Shown: positions 36,041-50,993, counted from the stretch's first letter. The stretch: DNA of 64,000 nucleotides from Octopus sinensis (GCF_006345805.1 NC_042999.1:153016001-153080000); one strand, 5' to 3'. Notes: a model not told the origin generated them from the sequence alone. Numbers and translations: made by a program.

Positions 36041-38169
36041 TAGATATACATGTCTGTATGTGTGTATGTGTGCATGTTTGTGTATGTGTGTGTACTTCCT
36101 AAAATATTCTATCGAAACAGAGCTAACTCTGAATTGTTACTTGTTAGCATATCACGGTTGCATAAGGAGACACGGTGTCCCCACAATATATACATACATA
36201 GATAATACATACATAATACATACATACATACATGTGTGTGTGTGTGTGTATGTGTATAAGGGTGTGGGCGTATGCACTTGTGTATCGTAACAGCTCAATC
36301 CATACCATGCTTTTGCAATGGTTGACTCAATCCTCAACTGAACTTTACAAGAAGCATACATCACTCTCTCTCTCTCTCTGTCTCTGTCTCTCTCTCTCCC
36401 TTTTCTACACACTCACTCTATGTTCCACCCTATCTCTCACACACACGAACACCCCCCCCCCCACACACACACACGTAACCACACGCACACATACAACATA
36501 CACATGCACATATATTCATACATACATACACTATTACTAATCGTTTGCTAAAGCGCCTATTTCAGAAAGAAACCCAGGTTAGCCTCAAGGAGAGTGTATC
36601 TCACTTTCAAAGACCATAATTGAGTTGAATGCCCTGTGAAATGAAGATGCGGAATCCGATAAGAAAAATAGTTCAAACGCCCCACGGCTACGCACTTAAA
36701 GTAAGCGTACGGAGGAAATTCTTTATAAACTCCTAAACATAACACCATGAAACTTTTATATCGTCTTTAGTTATTTTTTTGTGTGTGTGTGTGTGTGTGA
36801 TTTTTATTTTTTTTACATATATATTTACTATTCAGAAATTCAAATTCTAGTGTCGTCCATAATATACAGTGGAGTCGGGTGACTTGTCAAAAGAAATTGC
36901 CGAATAATACAAATTTCTAATTCAGACATAAAAGCGACTTATTGAAAGAGGAGGAAGAACATACGATTAAATCGACTTCAGTGCGTTTCTGGTATTTATT
37001 TCATCGACCCCCGAGGCGAAAATAGTAAGAAGAAAAAAAAAAAAAAAACAAGGGGAGAGAAGAAGAATACAAGAGGGTGAAGTCGACCACAGGTGGGATA
37101 TGAACTTAAAAAATAGGGGCCATATAACAAAATACTCTAATGCATTAAATCTGACGACATACATTGTTGCAGTTGCTGTTGTTGTTGTTGTTGTTCTTCT
37201 TCTTCTTCTTCTTCTTCTTCTTCTTCTTCTTCTTCTTCTTCTTCGTCTTCTTCTTCTTGTTCTCGTTCTTCTTCTTCTCGTTCTTCTTCTTCTTCTTCTT
37301 CTTCTTCTTCGTCTTCTTCTTCTTCTTCTCCTTCTTCTTCGTCTTCTTCTTCTACTTCTTCTTCAATAAATATTGATTTCTTTTTGACGAGTCCCATGTT
37401 AAAGATTTTCTGCTTTTTCTTTTTTTTTTTCTGTTTTTGTTTAAAAGTACGGAGGTAAAGTCAATTTGATTAGCCTTTAGTTATTTTACAGATTTGTTCT
37501 TATTTTATCGAACCCAGACACACAAAACGTTAAACAACGTGAGATTTGATCTTACCATGCAACTTTATGAAACTCAATACCAGATTTGGGGTTTGTTGTT
37601 GTTGCTGTTGTTGTCGCTCAACCGTTCGTTCCTGCCATCTCTCAAACCCAACTAAAAACTGGAGAGATATGAGACAGAGTAACGAACTGACAATAGACAC
37701 TCGGTGTCATAGAAATGGAATGGTAAAGAAAAGGGAGAGAAAAGAAGATAATGAGAATAAAAAAAAAGAGAAAAAAAGAGAACAAAAGACATAAAAACCT
37801 GAAGGAAAAAAAATAAAATACCTACAAGAAATCAGAATAAAAGGAGAAGAAATTGGGAGAAAAGAGATAATTTGTCAAAATGTCACAAAGCCCAGAAAGA
37901 AGATAGATTTGATTTAAACATAAGTTTTGTACAATTGCTCAACTTGCTAACGTCCTTCAGCGGGTTGAATGATTAATTAAGAACAAGCCTTTAATGTGAG
38001 AAAGGATTGTATAAACAATGCTGACTGCGATCAAACCAGCATTCTTCTGCTGTTTGCTGAACTTCAACATGTAATGGTCACCAGAAAACACTTCGTTTCA
38101 AAAAAGTTTTCTATGTAAATATTATTACTAGCTTGAGATTAAACGTCTGATTTATGACGGATCTTTGTC

Positions 38170-38732
38170 GAAGGCGCGTGACACGGGGGGGGGGGGGGGG
38201 GTTAGAGTACTCGGCTCCCGATTGTCAGGTCGTGAGTTCGATGGCTGGTAGTGCGTTATGTTCTTGATAAAGGGATGGCGAGCTGGCAGAAACGTTAGCA
38301 CGCCGGGCGAAATGCGTAGCCGTATTTCGTCTGCCGTTACGTTCTGAGCTCAAATTCCGCCGAGGTCGACTTTGCATTTTAACCTTTCGGGGTCGATAAA
38401 TTAAGTACCAGTTACGCACTGGGGTCGATATAATCAACTTAATCCCTTTGTCTGTCCTTGTTTGTCCCCTCTGCGTTTAGCCCCTTGTGTGTAGTAAAGA
38501 AATAGATATCTTATTTTACGTTACTCCAGTCCGCTACGTTGGTAAAAATAAGTTGTACATGAATTTCAAAAGAAGCCAGCCGTATCACATTCTGTGTTAC
38601 GCTAAATCTCTCTGAGAACTACGTCGAAGGTATGAATGTCTGTGGAGTACTCAACCAGTTACGCGTTAATATCCCGAGCAGGCTGATCCTTTGATCTACT
38701 GGAATACTCGTCGTCGTGACCGACGGAAGGCC
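38170..38732 (+). mobile_element. SINE family A1 containing a SINE B insertion (38275-38505)
   Basis: A1 head, full B copy, then the A1 core and body resume at about 38506. Confidence 0.82.
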
Positions 38733-38754
38733 AATTACGACGGATCTTACACGT

Positions 38755-39010
38755 TAGGTGAAGTCGCGAGGCTTAGTCGTTCTGAAAGCCATGGTTTTCA
38801 CGATCTGAAGAATTTTTTGTGTGTATTCCCGAACGTGCGGCGCGTTTTTCTTCTTGCGTAAAACACTTCGTTTCACATTGCTCCAGTCTACTCAGCTGTA
38901 AAAGGGTCCCCCGTGATAGACTGGCGTCTTGTCTAGGGTGATTATTGTGACCTCGGTCACTTATACGTCATGGGAACAAGACAACCGACTTTGTGAGTCT
39001 TAGGACTCGA
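38755..39010 (+). mobile_element. old tRNA/CORE-like SINE
   Basis: AAACACTTCGTTTCACATTGCTCCAGTCTACTCAGCTGTAAAA core with a decayed tRNA head. Confidence 0.55.
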
Positions 39011-39053
39011 AATAGTGATGCTCTGGAGACTCCCTTTATATGTTAGAGACTCG

Positions 39054-39117
<64 letters not shown>

Positions 39118-39319
39118 ATCCATAAATCCAGCATTTCATACACAATATATATAAAAAAGTTGAGTTCAAGTCTCAAATAAATTTATACCGAATTCCGCCC
39201 GGCCATGCTCAAATAGAACACCTAACATAAATGATGAAACAACCTTAAGGCAGAAAATTTTATCGTCATCGCCGTACCTTTTGTTTTGTTCATAAAGAAA
39301 CACTGGTACACGGACGGGA

Positions 39320-39710
39320 TACTGAATGCACTTTTGCCGAAACACAAGAAGCCGAAGCCAAGAAGCCGAACGGACACAATTCCGATCGGACATAAAGCCG
39401 AACGGACAAGAGGCCGAAAAGACATTCGAAAATTAAAATATATGATAATCATTTTATTCCTACAATATTGACACACTGAATTAGTTATTAAACTATGTAG
39501 GTAGGCATGTTTTTTTGTTATTATTTTTATTGTGTCTGTTCGGCTTAATTTCCGTTTGGCATTGTGTCCGTTCGGCATTGTGTTCGTTCGGCGTTGTGTC
39601 CGTCGGCATAGTTTTCGTTTGTGTTTATGTCCATTCGGCATTGCGTCCGTTCGACTTTATGCCTGTTCGGCATTGTGTCTGTTTGGCTTCTTGGCTTGTG
39701 TCAGTAAGGG
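39320..39710. mobile_element. fold-back MITE with 16-bp subterminal repeats
   Basis: Left arm AAGCCAAGAAGCCGAACGGACACAAT is inverted to right arm ATTGTGTCTGTTTGGCTTCTTGGCTT; repeats TTCGGCATTGTGTCCG; AT-rich core. Confidence 0.75.
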
Positions 39711-40149
39711 ATACAGACACGAAGAAGGACTGATCCCTTGATGTATGTTATACAGCTTCATAGATTTGAGGACATGCTCTGATGTCACGTAAACAAGTAA
39801 TCCTTCGCGTAAGGTTTAAATAAGCTCAGTGCCCTAAAACAAAGTTTATATCCCAAAATCTGCCCAAGGCAGGAATGTTGTATAGTCAAACATCAGAAGA
39901 TGGTCCTGTAGTTAAAGTGTATAAGACGAAGAGAAGGGCTGACTCCTAGCACCGATGTGAAGGCATACCCTGATATCACGCCTATCTGTCCACCCATTCA
40001 TGGGGATGAAATAGTCCTTGTGCTACAAAGGTAAGCTTGGGAGAGCAGGAGACCAGCAGATTAAGCTGTAACGAAAACTCTTGAACCGTCAGACTTGGAG
40101 TGGAGGTCCATGATGGCTGACGTTTGTAAAGTAGGTATTGCACATTAAG

Positions 40150-40191
<42 letters not shown>

Positions 40192-41165
40192 TGTGTGTGT
40201 GTGTGTAAGAGAAAGAGAGAGAGAGAATGAGTGAGAGAAAAGAATGAGAGTGTGAGAGAAATAGTGTTAATCTGTTCTTAAATATCACCCATTCGTCTTT
40301 GGTCTTTGGATGTCTTGAACGGAGTTCACTCTCTTACAACCACTCAAGTCAGGATGGGAATCTGAGGATAAATTTCGACCACTATGGATGCTACCTTTCC
40401 TCCTCTTTTACACCTATAAAGAAAAGCATCCAATTAAATGAAAGCAGAATATTTTTACAACGCCAGACTGCATTGCACTCAGGTTAATTCCAATATTTTG
40501 CTAAACAAAAACAGAAAAAAAAGGAAGAAAATAGCAAAACTAAACAAAACCGAAAGGAAAGCAAAACAAAGCGAAGACGTTCTGGCTGAAGGAGCTGAGA
40601 CAATAGAGAGAAACATTAAAGATACTAAAGCAGCATTTAGTTTCAAGTTCAAATTCAACCGGGGTTTGTATTGTATTGATATACATATGAATTCTATGGA
40701 AATAAAAGCATCATTTATCGATTATATATCGATAGGAATCTTCTCCTTCAAAAATTGGAGAGGTTTACAGTTGATGTAATAAACTCTAATGAAGAAATCG
40801 TTGTTATTAATAAATTTATTGACTAAAATCACCTCTCATGAATTGATGGAACAACCATTTTAGATTCCGATGTGAAACTAAGCATAAAAATGTTTTGAAT
40901 ATTACGTCACACTACGTGAAGTAGAAAGAGAGCGGCAAAGATAAAAGGGATTGGTTTAAAAGAGGGACAGAGAAACAAAGAGGATGAGAGAGAGAGAAAG
41001 AGAGAGAGAGCGGGGAAGGCGACGAAGAGCTTTGAAAAGAGAAGGAAAGAGTTGAGTGGCGGTGAGAGGTAAATATTAAACTAACAATAGATTAATGGTT
41101 GAAATGGAAAATAAGAACAATAGCGAACAAGAACAATGGAATAGAAAAAGATCGACAACTATATA

Positions 41166-41226
<61 letters not shown>

Positions 41227-41774
41227 GTATATATATATATATACGTATACAAACCCACACACACAACCACACACACACATATATATATATATTAATATAT
41301 ATATAATATATATATATGTATGCATGTATGTATGGGTGTGTTGGTGTGTGTATAGGAGAGAGATGTTGGATAGGTTGAGAGAGAGAGAGAGAGAGAAAGG
41401 AGTAAGAGAGAAGAGAAGCAGGAAGAGGAGTGCAATGATTCATATGAAAGATGGTAATATGAGATAAGGAAAGAAAATTCACGCATTCGCAACCACGTAT
41501 AAAAAAAAAAAAAAAAAAAGAAAACAAAAAAAATCGCAACCAATCATGGTTTTGAATATATTTACATACATACATACATACATACACGCACCTGCACACA
41601 CACACACACACCACACACACACAACACACTCACACAGAAATTATACATAATGTACATTACACATCCATATTCATGTGCACTGGCATAATCTCATACATAC
41701 TCGTACCTTCATATCTTTATCTATCTCTTTCTCCCCTTTTCTCTTTATGTGTGTGTGTGTGTGTGTATGTGGTG

Positions 41775-41809
<35 letters not shown>

Positions 41810-42380
41810 GTATGTGTGTGCGTATTGAAACTTTTGAAAAGTGTGTTTCCAATCAGTCTAAATGTAAATATATATCATATTAGCTTATAATTCATTTCAA
41901 CGTGCTTATATACACACATAACATGTCGAACCAGCCAGCCAGCCAGCCAGCCAGCAAGCCCGCCAGGCAGGCAGGCAGGCAGGCAGCCAGCCAGCAAGCC
42001 ATTCTTCCATTATTCCATCCATTCATCCATATCAGTATACTTGCAGACATGACCCATTTCCTAAGAAATATGCATCGCAATCACGCGAACCCGGGTTCGA
42101 GTCTACCTTATGAAAAACGTCATTTGAAATAACCTAAAATGGACACTAGGCAAATGGAAATTGTACTGAAGCTTAAATGATGCATTGTGCATTGTATCTG
42201 CAATTTAAGAGGCTGGTCTTGTCACACATCGTATCAGACTGTTTCGAATTTGGCGTGAAGTTAAAGGCAGGTGTGTCTAGCCACTGGCATATTCCTTTAG
42301 CCAGTAGTTCAATTGACTGAACAGCAGAATACTCCTAGTCGAAACCGACAGAGGACCCGCTTGGAAGTCACTGTGAACCT

Positions 42381-42775
42381 GGAGTGACTGTGTGGTAAGT
42401 AGCTTTCTTGCCAACCACATGGTTCTAGGTTCAGTCCCACTGCGTGGCACTTTGGACAATTGTCTTCTACTATAGCCTCAGGCTGACCAAAGCCTTTTGA
42501 GTGGATTTGGTAGACGGAAACTGAAAGAAGCCCTCGTATATGTGTATATATATATATGTATATGTGTGTATGTGTTTGTGTGTCTGTGTTTGTCCCTCCA
42601 ACATCGATTGTCAACCGATGCTGGTGTGTTTACGTCCCCGTAACTTAGCGGTTCGGCAAAAAAGACCGATAGAATAAGTACTATGCTTACAAAGATGGGG
42701 TCGATTTGCTCGACTAAAGGCGGTACTCCAGCATGGCCGCAGTCAAATGACTGAACTAAGTGAAAGAGTAAAAGA
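42381..42775 (+). mobile_element. SINE family C
   Basis: Near full length, colinear. Confidence 0.9.
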
Positions 42776-42847
42776 ATAATATATTTGTGTGTGGTGTGTG
42801 TGTGAGTGTGTGTGTGGTGTGTGTGTTTGTTTGTGTGTGTGTGTGTA

Positions 42848-42993
42848 CAGGGTGTTCCAAAAGACCCTGATGGGTTTCAATTTCTAATAACTTCTTTAAC
42901 TTCACAAATAAATTCATGAAATTTTGATACAATATAAAAGACATAATGTAAATTAATATGCACGTGTCAAAGTTTGAAACACCACGACATACA
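42848..42993. mobile_element. solo Tc1/mariner-type end
   Basis: TA|CAGGGTGTTCCAAAA terminus; partner TIR not found. Confidence 0.5.
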
Positions 42994-43317
42994 TCTTTAT
43001 ATATAAAAGTGAGTTGGTGTGCTGTCTGTCTCCTACGATTTAGATTCCTAACTACTCCCACATTTTGCGGTGCAGTTTAACCAAAACCGGGTATCTTATA
43101 GTCGTGATTCATATCGAGCCCTTCTGGGTATTAGCGCGCGTCTACGATGAGTCTACGATTAAAAAAAAAATTAAATCTCAGAACGTGAAAAGCTACAGTA
43201 ACCCCCCCCCCCTTTGTGGTTAGCCATATTGAGATGGCTATTATACGTTACATCTCTAAAAATGCTTATATAGTTATTTCCCTTACAAACCCGAGCAACG
43301 CCGGGCGATACTGCTAG
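42994..43317 (+). mobile_element. non-autonomous Helitron (copy 3)
   Basis: A|TC...CCCGAGCAACGCCGGG...CTAG|T with a different central segment. Confidence 0.88.
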
Positions 43318-44164
43318 TATACATATAAAAGCAATGTATCACTCAACGCATTTGTTTAGATTTGTATGCATTTAATAACTGGAGTGTTCAGCACTACATT
43401 CCCTCAAGTTTCGTACGCACATAATACCTCACCCAAGTCATCAAATCACAATATTCTTTTTTTGTCTGCTGCACGATGTGGAGTAGGCAATGAAGAACCA
43501 AGGTCGCTGACATAACTGAATCATTCTCAAAATAGCTGAGTCCTAAACACCTGACGATACGAACTTTTTTCTTTCCACGGACTAAGTAATGCGGATCTTA
43601 GTGCAGCAGTTGTTATATATACATGTGTGTGTGTGCACGCATTGACTCTGACAATATAGAGGCGTACATACACACAATCACATATAAAAGCTCGCACACT
43701 CATTCATATATATACACACGCGCACACGCACACATACCCACAATCACACACATATATCGATTTCTTGTACTTTTAATCAAGGATTTCGCCTGCACTAATA
43801 TGATGACTGTATAAATATATCACCCATACATATATACACACACACACGTACATACATTTTCTATATTCACACGAGTATGCATACAGACACACATAAACCG
43901 AAAGATCTCTTACACTGTCTCTCTCACGCATTTTCTAACCTTCTGTCTGTTTCTTTACTTCTCTCTCACACACACGCGCACACACACACTCACACACACA
44001 CACATAGAATCACATACTCACACATATTACAAACACATCCACATATGAGTGTATGTATTGAAGTATGCCTGTATGGGATACATATTTATACGCATGTATA
44101 GGTATTTATGTATGTACTTGTTTATATGTATAGGTATATATCTTTATGTGTATGTGTGCGTGTG

Positions 44165-44196
<32 letters not shown>

Positions 44197-44286
44197 TTAA
44201 TACATACATATATATATATATATAGGTATGCTTGTTTGTAAGTGTGTGTATAATATATATATATATATAGGTATGCTTGTTTGTAA

Positions 44287-44336
<50 letters not shown>

Positions 44337-44643
44337 CATATGTACACATGCACACACACACACATATATATATATGTATGTGTGCATGCATGATTACATG
44401 CTGATTCTATGTAAATACATTCGCCATTAAAGCAGAGACAAGGAAACACAGAGTCGTGCGTGTACCATGAATTTGCATAAAATATTCATTAAATATACTT
44501 GATAGACTTGTGATTTTAATAAGCAGTGCTGTGTCTAAGCTTACTTCCCCGTTCGTCAGATAGCCTCAGGAGGTGCAGGAACTGCGAGCGGCTTATTTGT
44601 GTGCAAGCACATGTAGTAACCGTATACATACATACGCATACAT

Positions 44644-44688
<45 letters not shown>

Positions 44689-44786
44689 ACTATGTATGTA
44701 TTTTTGTAGTGTCACCGGATAGCCTTGCTCACATGCATTTGTGAATAAGTGAGTGTGCAAATAAGATTGAGCGTTTGGATATCATA

Positions 44787-44825
<39 letters not shown>

Positions 44826-45114
44826 TATACGTATAGATATATAAGATGTATAAATATATAAATATATAAAATATACAAATATATAAATTTCTACGTATGC
44901 ATATAAATAATAATGTACGTATGCGTGTGTGTGTGCGTCGTTAAATTTTATTTTCTGCCCGCGGCTAGCTTTCACTCAGTACGAGTTATAATGTTACGCA
45001 CATAATTGAGAATAAACCCTTTTTCCTTGTCACAGAACAGAAAATGTGATCTGCTTTGTAGCTCTGTCTCTTTTTCTTTCTTCCCCTGTCTATGTGTCTG
45101 TCTGTCTCCCTAGT

Positions 45115-45149
<35 letters not shown>

Positions 45150-45150
<1 letters not shown>

Positions 45151-45552
45151 ACTCTTTTACTGGTTTCAGTCATTTGACTGCGGCCATGCTGGAGCACCGC
45201 CTTTAGTCGAGCAAATCGACCCCGGGACTTATTCTTTTTGCAAGCCCAGTACTTATTCTATCGGTCTCTTTTTGCCGAACCGCTAAGTAACGGGGACGTA
45301 AACACACCAGCATCGGTTGTCAAGCAATGCTAGGGGGACAAACACACACACACACAAACACACATACACATATATACACATATATACGACAGGCTTCTTT
45401 CAGTTTCCGTCTACCAAATCCACTCACAAGGCATTTGTCGGCCCGGGGCTATAGCAGAAGACACTTGCCCAAGATGCCACGCAGTGAGACTGAACCCGGA
45501 ACCATGTGGTTGGTTTGCAAGCTACTTACCACACAGCCACTCCTGCGCCTAT
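45150..45552 (-). mobile_element. SINE family C, full length, young
   Basis: Complete head and tail; very similar to 1-283. Confidence 0.93.
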
Positions 45553-46324
45553 ATATATATTATATAATATATATATTATATAAAATCTGTTCTGTCTGTC
45601 TGTGTGTGTCTTCTAGGATCTCGGGCATCCTCGATCCGATTTGCTCAAATTTGATATGTCGATACCCACGGTATCAGGGCGTGTATAAGTCTTGAAAAAA
45701 TTACAAAAATCGATTCCAGGTGAGAATGCGATCGATAAAGTGAATAAAATCGTTTTTCTTTGGAATAAAAAAAAAACGTCTATCTTTATTTCTTCTTTTG
45801 CTGATGTCTCAAATTTAGGCTAAATCAGTGTTTCTCAAAGGGGAGTAAATTTGGTTTAAATGTTTGACAACTCAGTACCGTCTATTGCACGGGGGGGGGG
45901 GCGTTTTGCTCGTATATATATATACACACATATATTATATTATATCATATACATACTTATAAATATGTAGATGCATATTTATATACATATCTATTTACCT
46001 ATCAATCACTATACACATAAATGCATACACACGCACACACGCTCACATACACACACATACATACACATATCTATATACACACACATATACATAATATATA
46101 GTTGTGCGCTCTGTTTTCCAACTACACCTTATCAGGTTCAGTCCCGCTGTGCGACACCCCATAGTGTGAACTTAATAGCGGAAGTTGAAGCAGTACAGTG
46201 ATTCTACACCAGGAAGACTGCATCAATTGAACACCTGAGCTACTGGCTGAGACTGAAATAGCTACGATTCCACCCCCTGGAACGGAGACGAGAAAGATAT
46301 GCAGTGATACACGTAGGGTAAATC

Positions 46325-46487
46325 CAAGAGGGGTTGCCACCAAAGTTTGGGATAATGAGCTATACTAACCCCCAACTGGACTTACAGCACTGTACCAAAT
46401 GTCTCTGGTATTCCGTCTAGAGTGGGGACCATGTACTGCGACGGCTTGGGATTCAAGGGACCACAGCTATTTAATACTCCACGATAC
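46325..46487 (+). mobile_element. CR1/L2-superclade LINE ORF2 fragment
   Basis: Reads FGIMSYTNP, then (frameshift) VPNVSGIPSRVGTMYCDGLGFKGPQLFN; resembles post-RT segments of CR1/L2-type LINEs (recalled). Confidence 0.55.
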
Positions 46488-46521
46488 TCAAGGGACCACA
46501 GCTATTTAATACTCCACGATA

Positions 46522-46878
46522 CTCTGATCACGAGCAGAAGTAGTGGGGGAGCATCATAGCCATGTGTTGAGAGGGATTCTTTGGGGTTGAATAATTCCAC
46601 CTCTGGAAACATGGGTGGTTCTTTCAACATCCTTAAACAACCCTTATTCAGGACCGTTTGAGCGGGATGGGCTACTCAACCTTGAAGAAAATTCTAACTG
46701 GGCCCCACCTGCAAGGTCATGTGCTGTTTATCTTGATATGAGATTACCATGTCGCGCCCATATGGTTGTGATGCATGTGCCTGGTGTACCTTTATCAGAC
46801 GGTAGTCATGATGGGTATATTGGGCTTCGTATATTTGACCCTAGTGTCACTTTGATTGCATGATTGCTCTCTCCATCA
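46522..46878 (+). mobile_element. third copy of the TAA-associated element (5'-truncated)
   Basis: Homologous to 21255-21608; followed by (TAA)n. Confidence 0.88.
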
Positions 46879-46938
46879 ATCAATATATAATAATAATAAT
46901 AATAAATAACCATAACTATAATAATAAAAATAATAATA

Positions 46939-46973
<35 letters not shown>

Positions 46974-47579
46974 TAATATAACAATAATAATAATAATAAT
47001 AATGATAATAATCAACAGCTGCAAGAAAATCACACGGGAATATCACGTGAGAAAAAAATTAAAGAAAAACGTGTGGAAACAGAACGAAGACAGAGGCTCA
47101 GCAGGCGCTTGACTTCTTCACTCTTAAACGCCTGTTCAATACTTTGAAAACAAGCGAGAACTTATTTTAAATTCACATTTTGTATGCATTAAGAAAGCAT
47201 GCGCGATATAGTCAAAATCTCATTTATGAAATTTCAGTAAATAGTAAGACTTACTTCCTGTGTTAAAAATGCCCGTAGCATGAACATCACAGCATGATCA
47301 TCACACAATCACATAAATATATGTCATTAAAAATATCAATATATCTTGGATATGTTGTTTTCGAGACAATTATTGTAAACGTCTGCATTGATCGCGGAGA
47401 GAATTAGAACATAAGACTTCATAGAAATTGCATTGTGCCTTCTATTTTATATATAATAGCAAATGATGGAGGAAGCATGTATTGATGTATTGATGTATAC
47501 AGCTTGTCACGTACTCTATTGTTCAACTAGAACACACATTCTTGTGTTGTGCATATGTATGTATATACATATGTATGTA

Positions 47580-47620
<41 letters not shown>

Positions 47621-47633
47621 TTGTGCACACACA

Positions 47634-47671
<38 letters not shown>

Positions 47672-47857
47672 AGCATATGTGCATTTATGTACCTACATGC
47701 ATACATGTGTACATATATAGCTTAGATTTGTTCTTGAAGAATTCTATGAGTAAAAAGAAAAAAGAAACATGGTGATCTTTAAAGAAACAAAGCCACACCA
47801 TTGAAATTTAAACAACTGTGATGAGTGACCTCTGTACCTTTGAGAAAAGTTTCGTCG

Positions 47858-47941
<84 letters not shown>

Positions 47942-47994
47942 GCTTGTCTGTCTGTCTGTTTCTCTATCTATTCCTACATACATGCATACATTCA

Positions 47995-48082
<88 letters not shown>

Positions 48083-48189
48083 GTATATGTATACATATAT
48101 ATGTATATGTAAATATATATATGTATAGTGAAATGTGCACTTACATTTAAGAGAACAAAGTGTACGTACGCCGCTATATATATATATAT

Positions 48190-48450
48190 ATATCAAAAAA
48201 TACAAAATGGGACAAGAATACAAAACATCCAGATAGACGATAGAAAAAACACGGACAGATCATTCGAAGCCTCTAATCTTCAGTCAAGAACCGGATCATC
48301 CTCGCAATTTTGGCTGATTAATCTTGAGATTGCTCCAATCTGGCCAGCCCCAAGGAAAATCCAAGCTAGAGCATTAGATTCCTTGGAAAAAAGCTTCGAA
48401 TGTATACGAAACAAGGACGGAAAAACGGACGATGTTACACGAATATAAAT
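48190..48450 (-). repeat. dispersed repeat, inverse copy of 60330-60610 (possibly Penelope-associated)
   Basis: GGCTGATTAAT...GCTCCAA..GGCCAGCCCCAAGGAAAA is the reverse complement of 60472-60525. Confidence 0.7.
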
Positions 48451-48748
48451 GCAAAAATAATACATTAATCAGTTGCATTGATTAAAACACCTGCTGTATT
48501 GGGAACAGCAAGGCTTGTAAGAATGATTATCGATATGTAAGGAAACTGGTTGTGATCCGGTATCAAGGCTGTTGATTCTGAATCTAAAGCATTCGTGCAC
48601 ACCATTAACGATAATACTGATACCTTTCGTTGGTTCATAGTCAAGAGCGTATTCTTTTACTGGCCCTTGAAGATGCGCGCCCTGTCTCTCGGAGAAGTAG
48701 CAATTTTGTTACAACCATTTCCAATTTTCAGACTATGTATTGAGAAAT

Positions 48749-49129
48749 GGATGCACAATGGCCCAGTGGTTAGGGTAGCGGACTCGCGGTTGCAGGGTCG
48801 CGGTTTGGATTCCCAGACCAGGGGTTGTAAGTGTTTATTGAGCGAAAATACCTAGAGCTCCACGAGGCTCCGGCAGTGGTGTTGGCGAACTCTGCTGTAT
48901 TCGTTCACCATAAATTTCTCTCACTCTTTCTTCCTGTTTCTGATGTACCTGTATTTCAAAGGACCAGCTTTGTTACACTCTGTGCCACGCTGAATCTCCC
49001 CCGAAAACTACGTTAAGGGTACACGTGTCTGTGGAGTGCTCAGCCACTTGCACGTTAATTTCACGAGCCGGATGTTCCGTTGATCAGATCAACTGGAACC
49101 CTCGTCGTCGTAACCGGCGGAGTGCCACG
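48749..49129 (+). mobile_element. SINE family A2
   Basis: Colinear with 5501-5879. Confidence 0.9.
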
Positions 49130-49981
49130 ACTGGGAAATTGTTTCTCGCATGATGAATTTATCATATCCGAAACGTAGTCATGTAATTCTTTCTGCTACA
49201 TGCACAAAGTCCGATATTTTTTTATCCGGGGTAGGAGAAAATAGTAAGGGGATGACCTTAATCCCAGTGTTCAGCTATTACATATTTTATCCACCCCGAA
49301 TAATACGAAAGGCACAGAAGATATGGCGGGAAAAAATAACGCTGAGAATTTTGTCCTTTGCTCTTAGGATTTTTCCAGCTCGCCACTCAAATAATATTAA
49401 TTCTTTCTAATTTTGGCAGAACACCAGACATTTTTTTCAGGAGAGGGTCATATGCTCTAAAGGTATTTATTTTATCGAGTCTGAAAGCAAAGTCGACTTC
49501 AGCGGAATTTGAACTTAGTAGATAAAAACGTCCTGAGCTCAAATGCTTAGCGAAATGCCGCAAAACATTTCTCTGCCGCGATAACGAGTTTGCTAGTTCG
49601 CCGCCTTAATATGGTCATACGCTTAGCTTTAAAAAAAAGCTCATTTATTCATCAATACAAAAACTTCAATGACAGGACTCACTCTTATACTCATGGTAAA
49701 GACATTAAAACAACACGGAAATGAATGATGATGTCATATATTTCAAATATTCTGAACACACTCACTCACACACACATGCATTTTCTAAAATTTGTTTTGC
49801 TAATAGATCAAATATCGATGTAGTTGTGAATATTTTTGCTTATGTAATGTCACGCTGTTTTCTTACGTCAATCGTTTTAATGGCCTGACACTTGAAACTC
49901 AGTCACGATCCAAGAATCTTCTATTTCTAATAAAATAATCACATTCTAAATTATATATTGAGTACTTTTTCCATGGTGACG

Positions 49982-50017
<36 letters not shown>

Positions 50018-50569
50018 CGTGTCTGTGTATGTGTCTGTATAGATATGTACAGTCACACACATATATCTAGCTGTGTGTGTATTTGTTTGTATATATTCAT
50101 GTGTATCTGTGAGTGTTTATACACACACACACCCGTCGCGCGCGCGCATATGTATGTATATGACTTATATCGTCTGTGCAACTATGCAATATGCATTTTA
50201 ACCGCCTCCCGCTTTTACTGTCTCTAGTATTACGACCATCGTCACCACCACCACCACCACCACCACCATCAGCTTCATTTGCTCACAAAAAAGAACGATA
50301 ATCACAAACCGCAACCCCGAATCCCCCACCGAACTACCACTTGATACAGACACACACTTATCTCTTTGCACCACCACCACCACCACCATCACCACCGCTG
50401 CTGCCGCTACCGCCAAAACTACTTGCACCACTAAGATTACGTCTGAAATCTTAACAGGAAGTGACGTGTCATGCAAATCTCCAAGGTAATTCGACTCGGT
50501 TTTATTGATGTCAGGTACAATCAACATCCCTGGATGCTGGCTGGCCGTGTGCAGCTGCTCTTGCTGCCA

Positions 50570-50580
50570 TACTACTACTA

Positions 50581-50618
<38 letters not shown>

Positions 50619-50672
50619 TCACTACTACTACTATCACTACTGCTGCTGCTACTACTACTTCTACTACTACTA

Positions 50673-50708
<36 letters not shown>

Positions 50709-50770
50709 AACTATCACTACTACTACTATCACTACTACTACTATCACTACTGCTGCTGCTACTACTACTT

Positions 50771-50810
<40 letters not shown>

Positions 50811-50860
50811 AACTATCACTACTACTACTATCACTACTACTACTATCACTACTGCTGCTG

Positions 50861-50905
<45 letters not shown>

Positions 50906-50947
50906 TCACTACTACTACTATCACTACTGCTGCTGCTACTACTACTT

Positions 50948-50993
<46 letters not shown>

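Noticed and set aside
39900-40040. Exon ending AAG|GTAAGC near 40031
   Set aside because: No convincing reading frame or acceptor; probably a decayed repeat.
44548-44584. Short minus-strand exon (FLHLLRLSDERG, GAA|GTAAGC) near an ATTTGCAT octamer
   Set aside because: Weak acceptor, no partner exons, no homology recognised.
45575-45760. Fourth Helitron-like 5' end (TATAAAATCTG...CTGTCTGTC...TGCTCAAATTTG)
   Set aside because: Only a general resemblance; no CTAG/hairpin 3' end and no homology to the other three copies.
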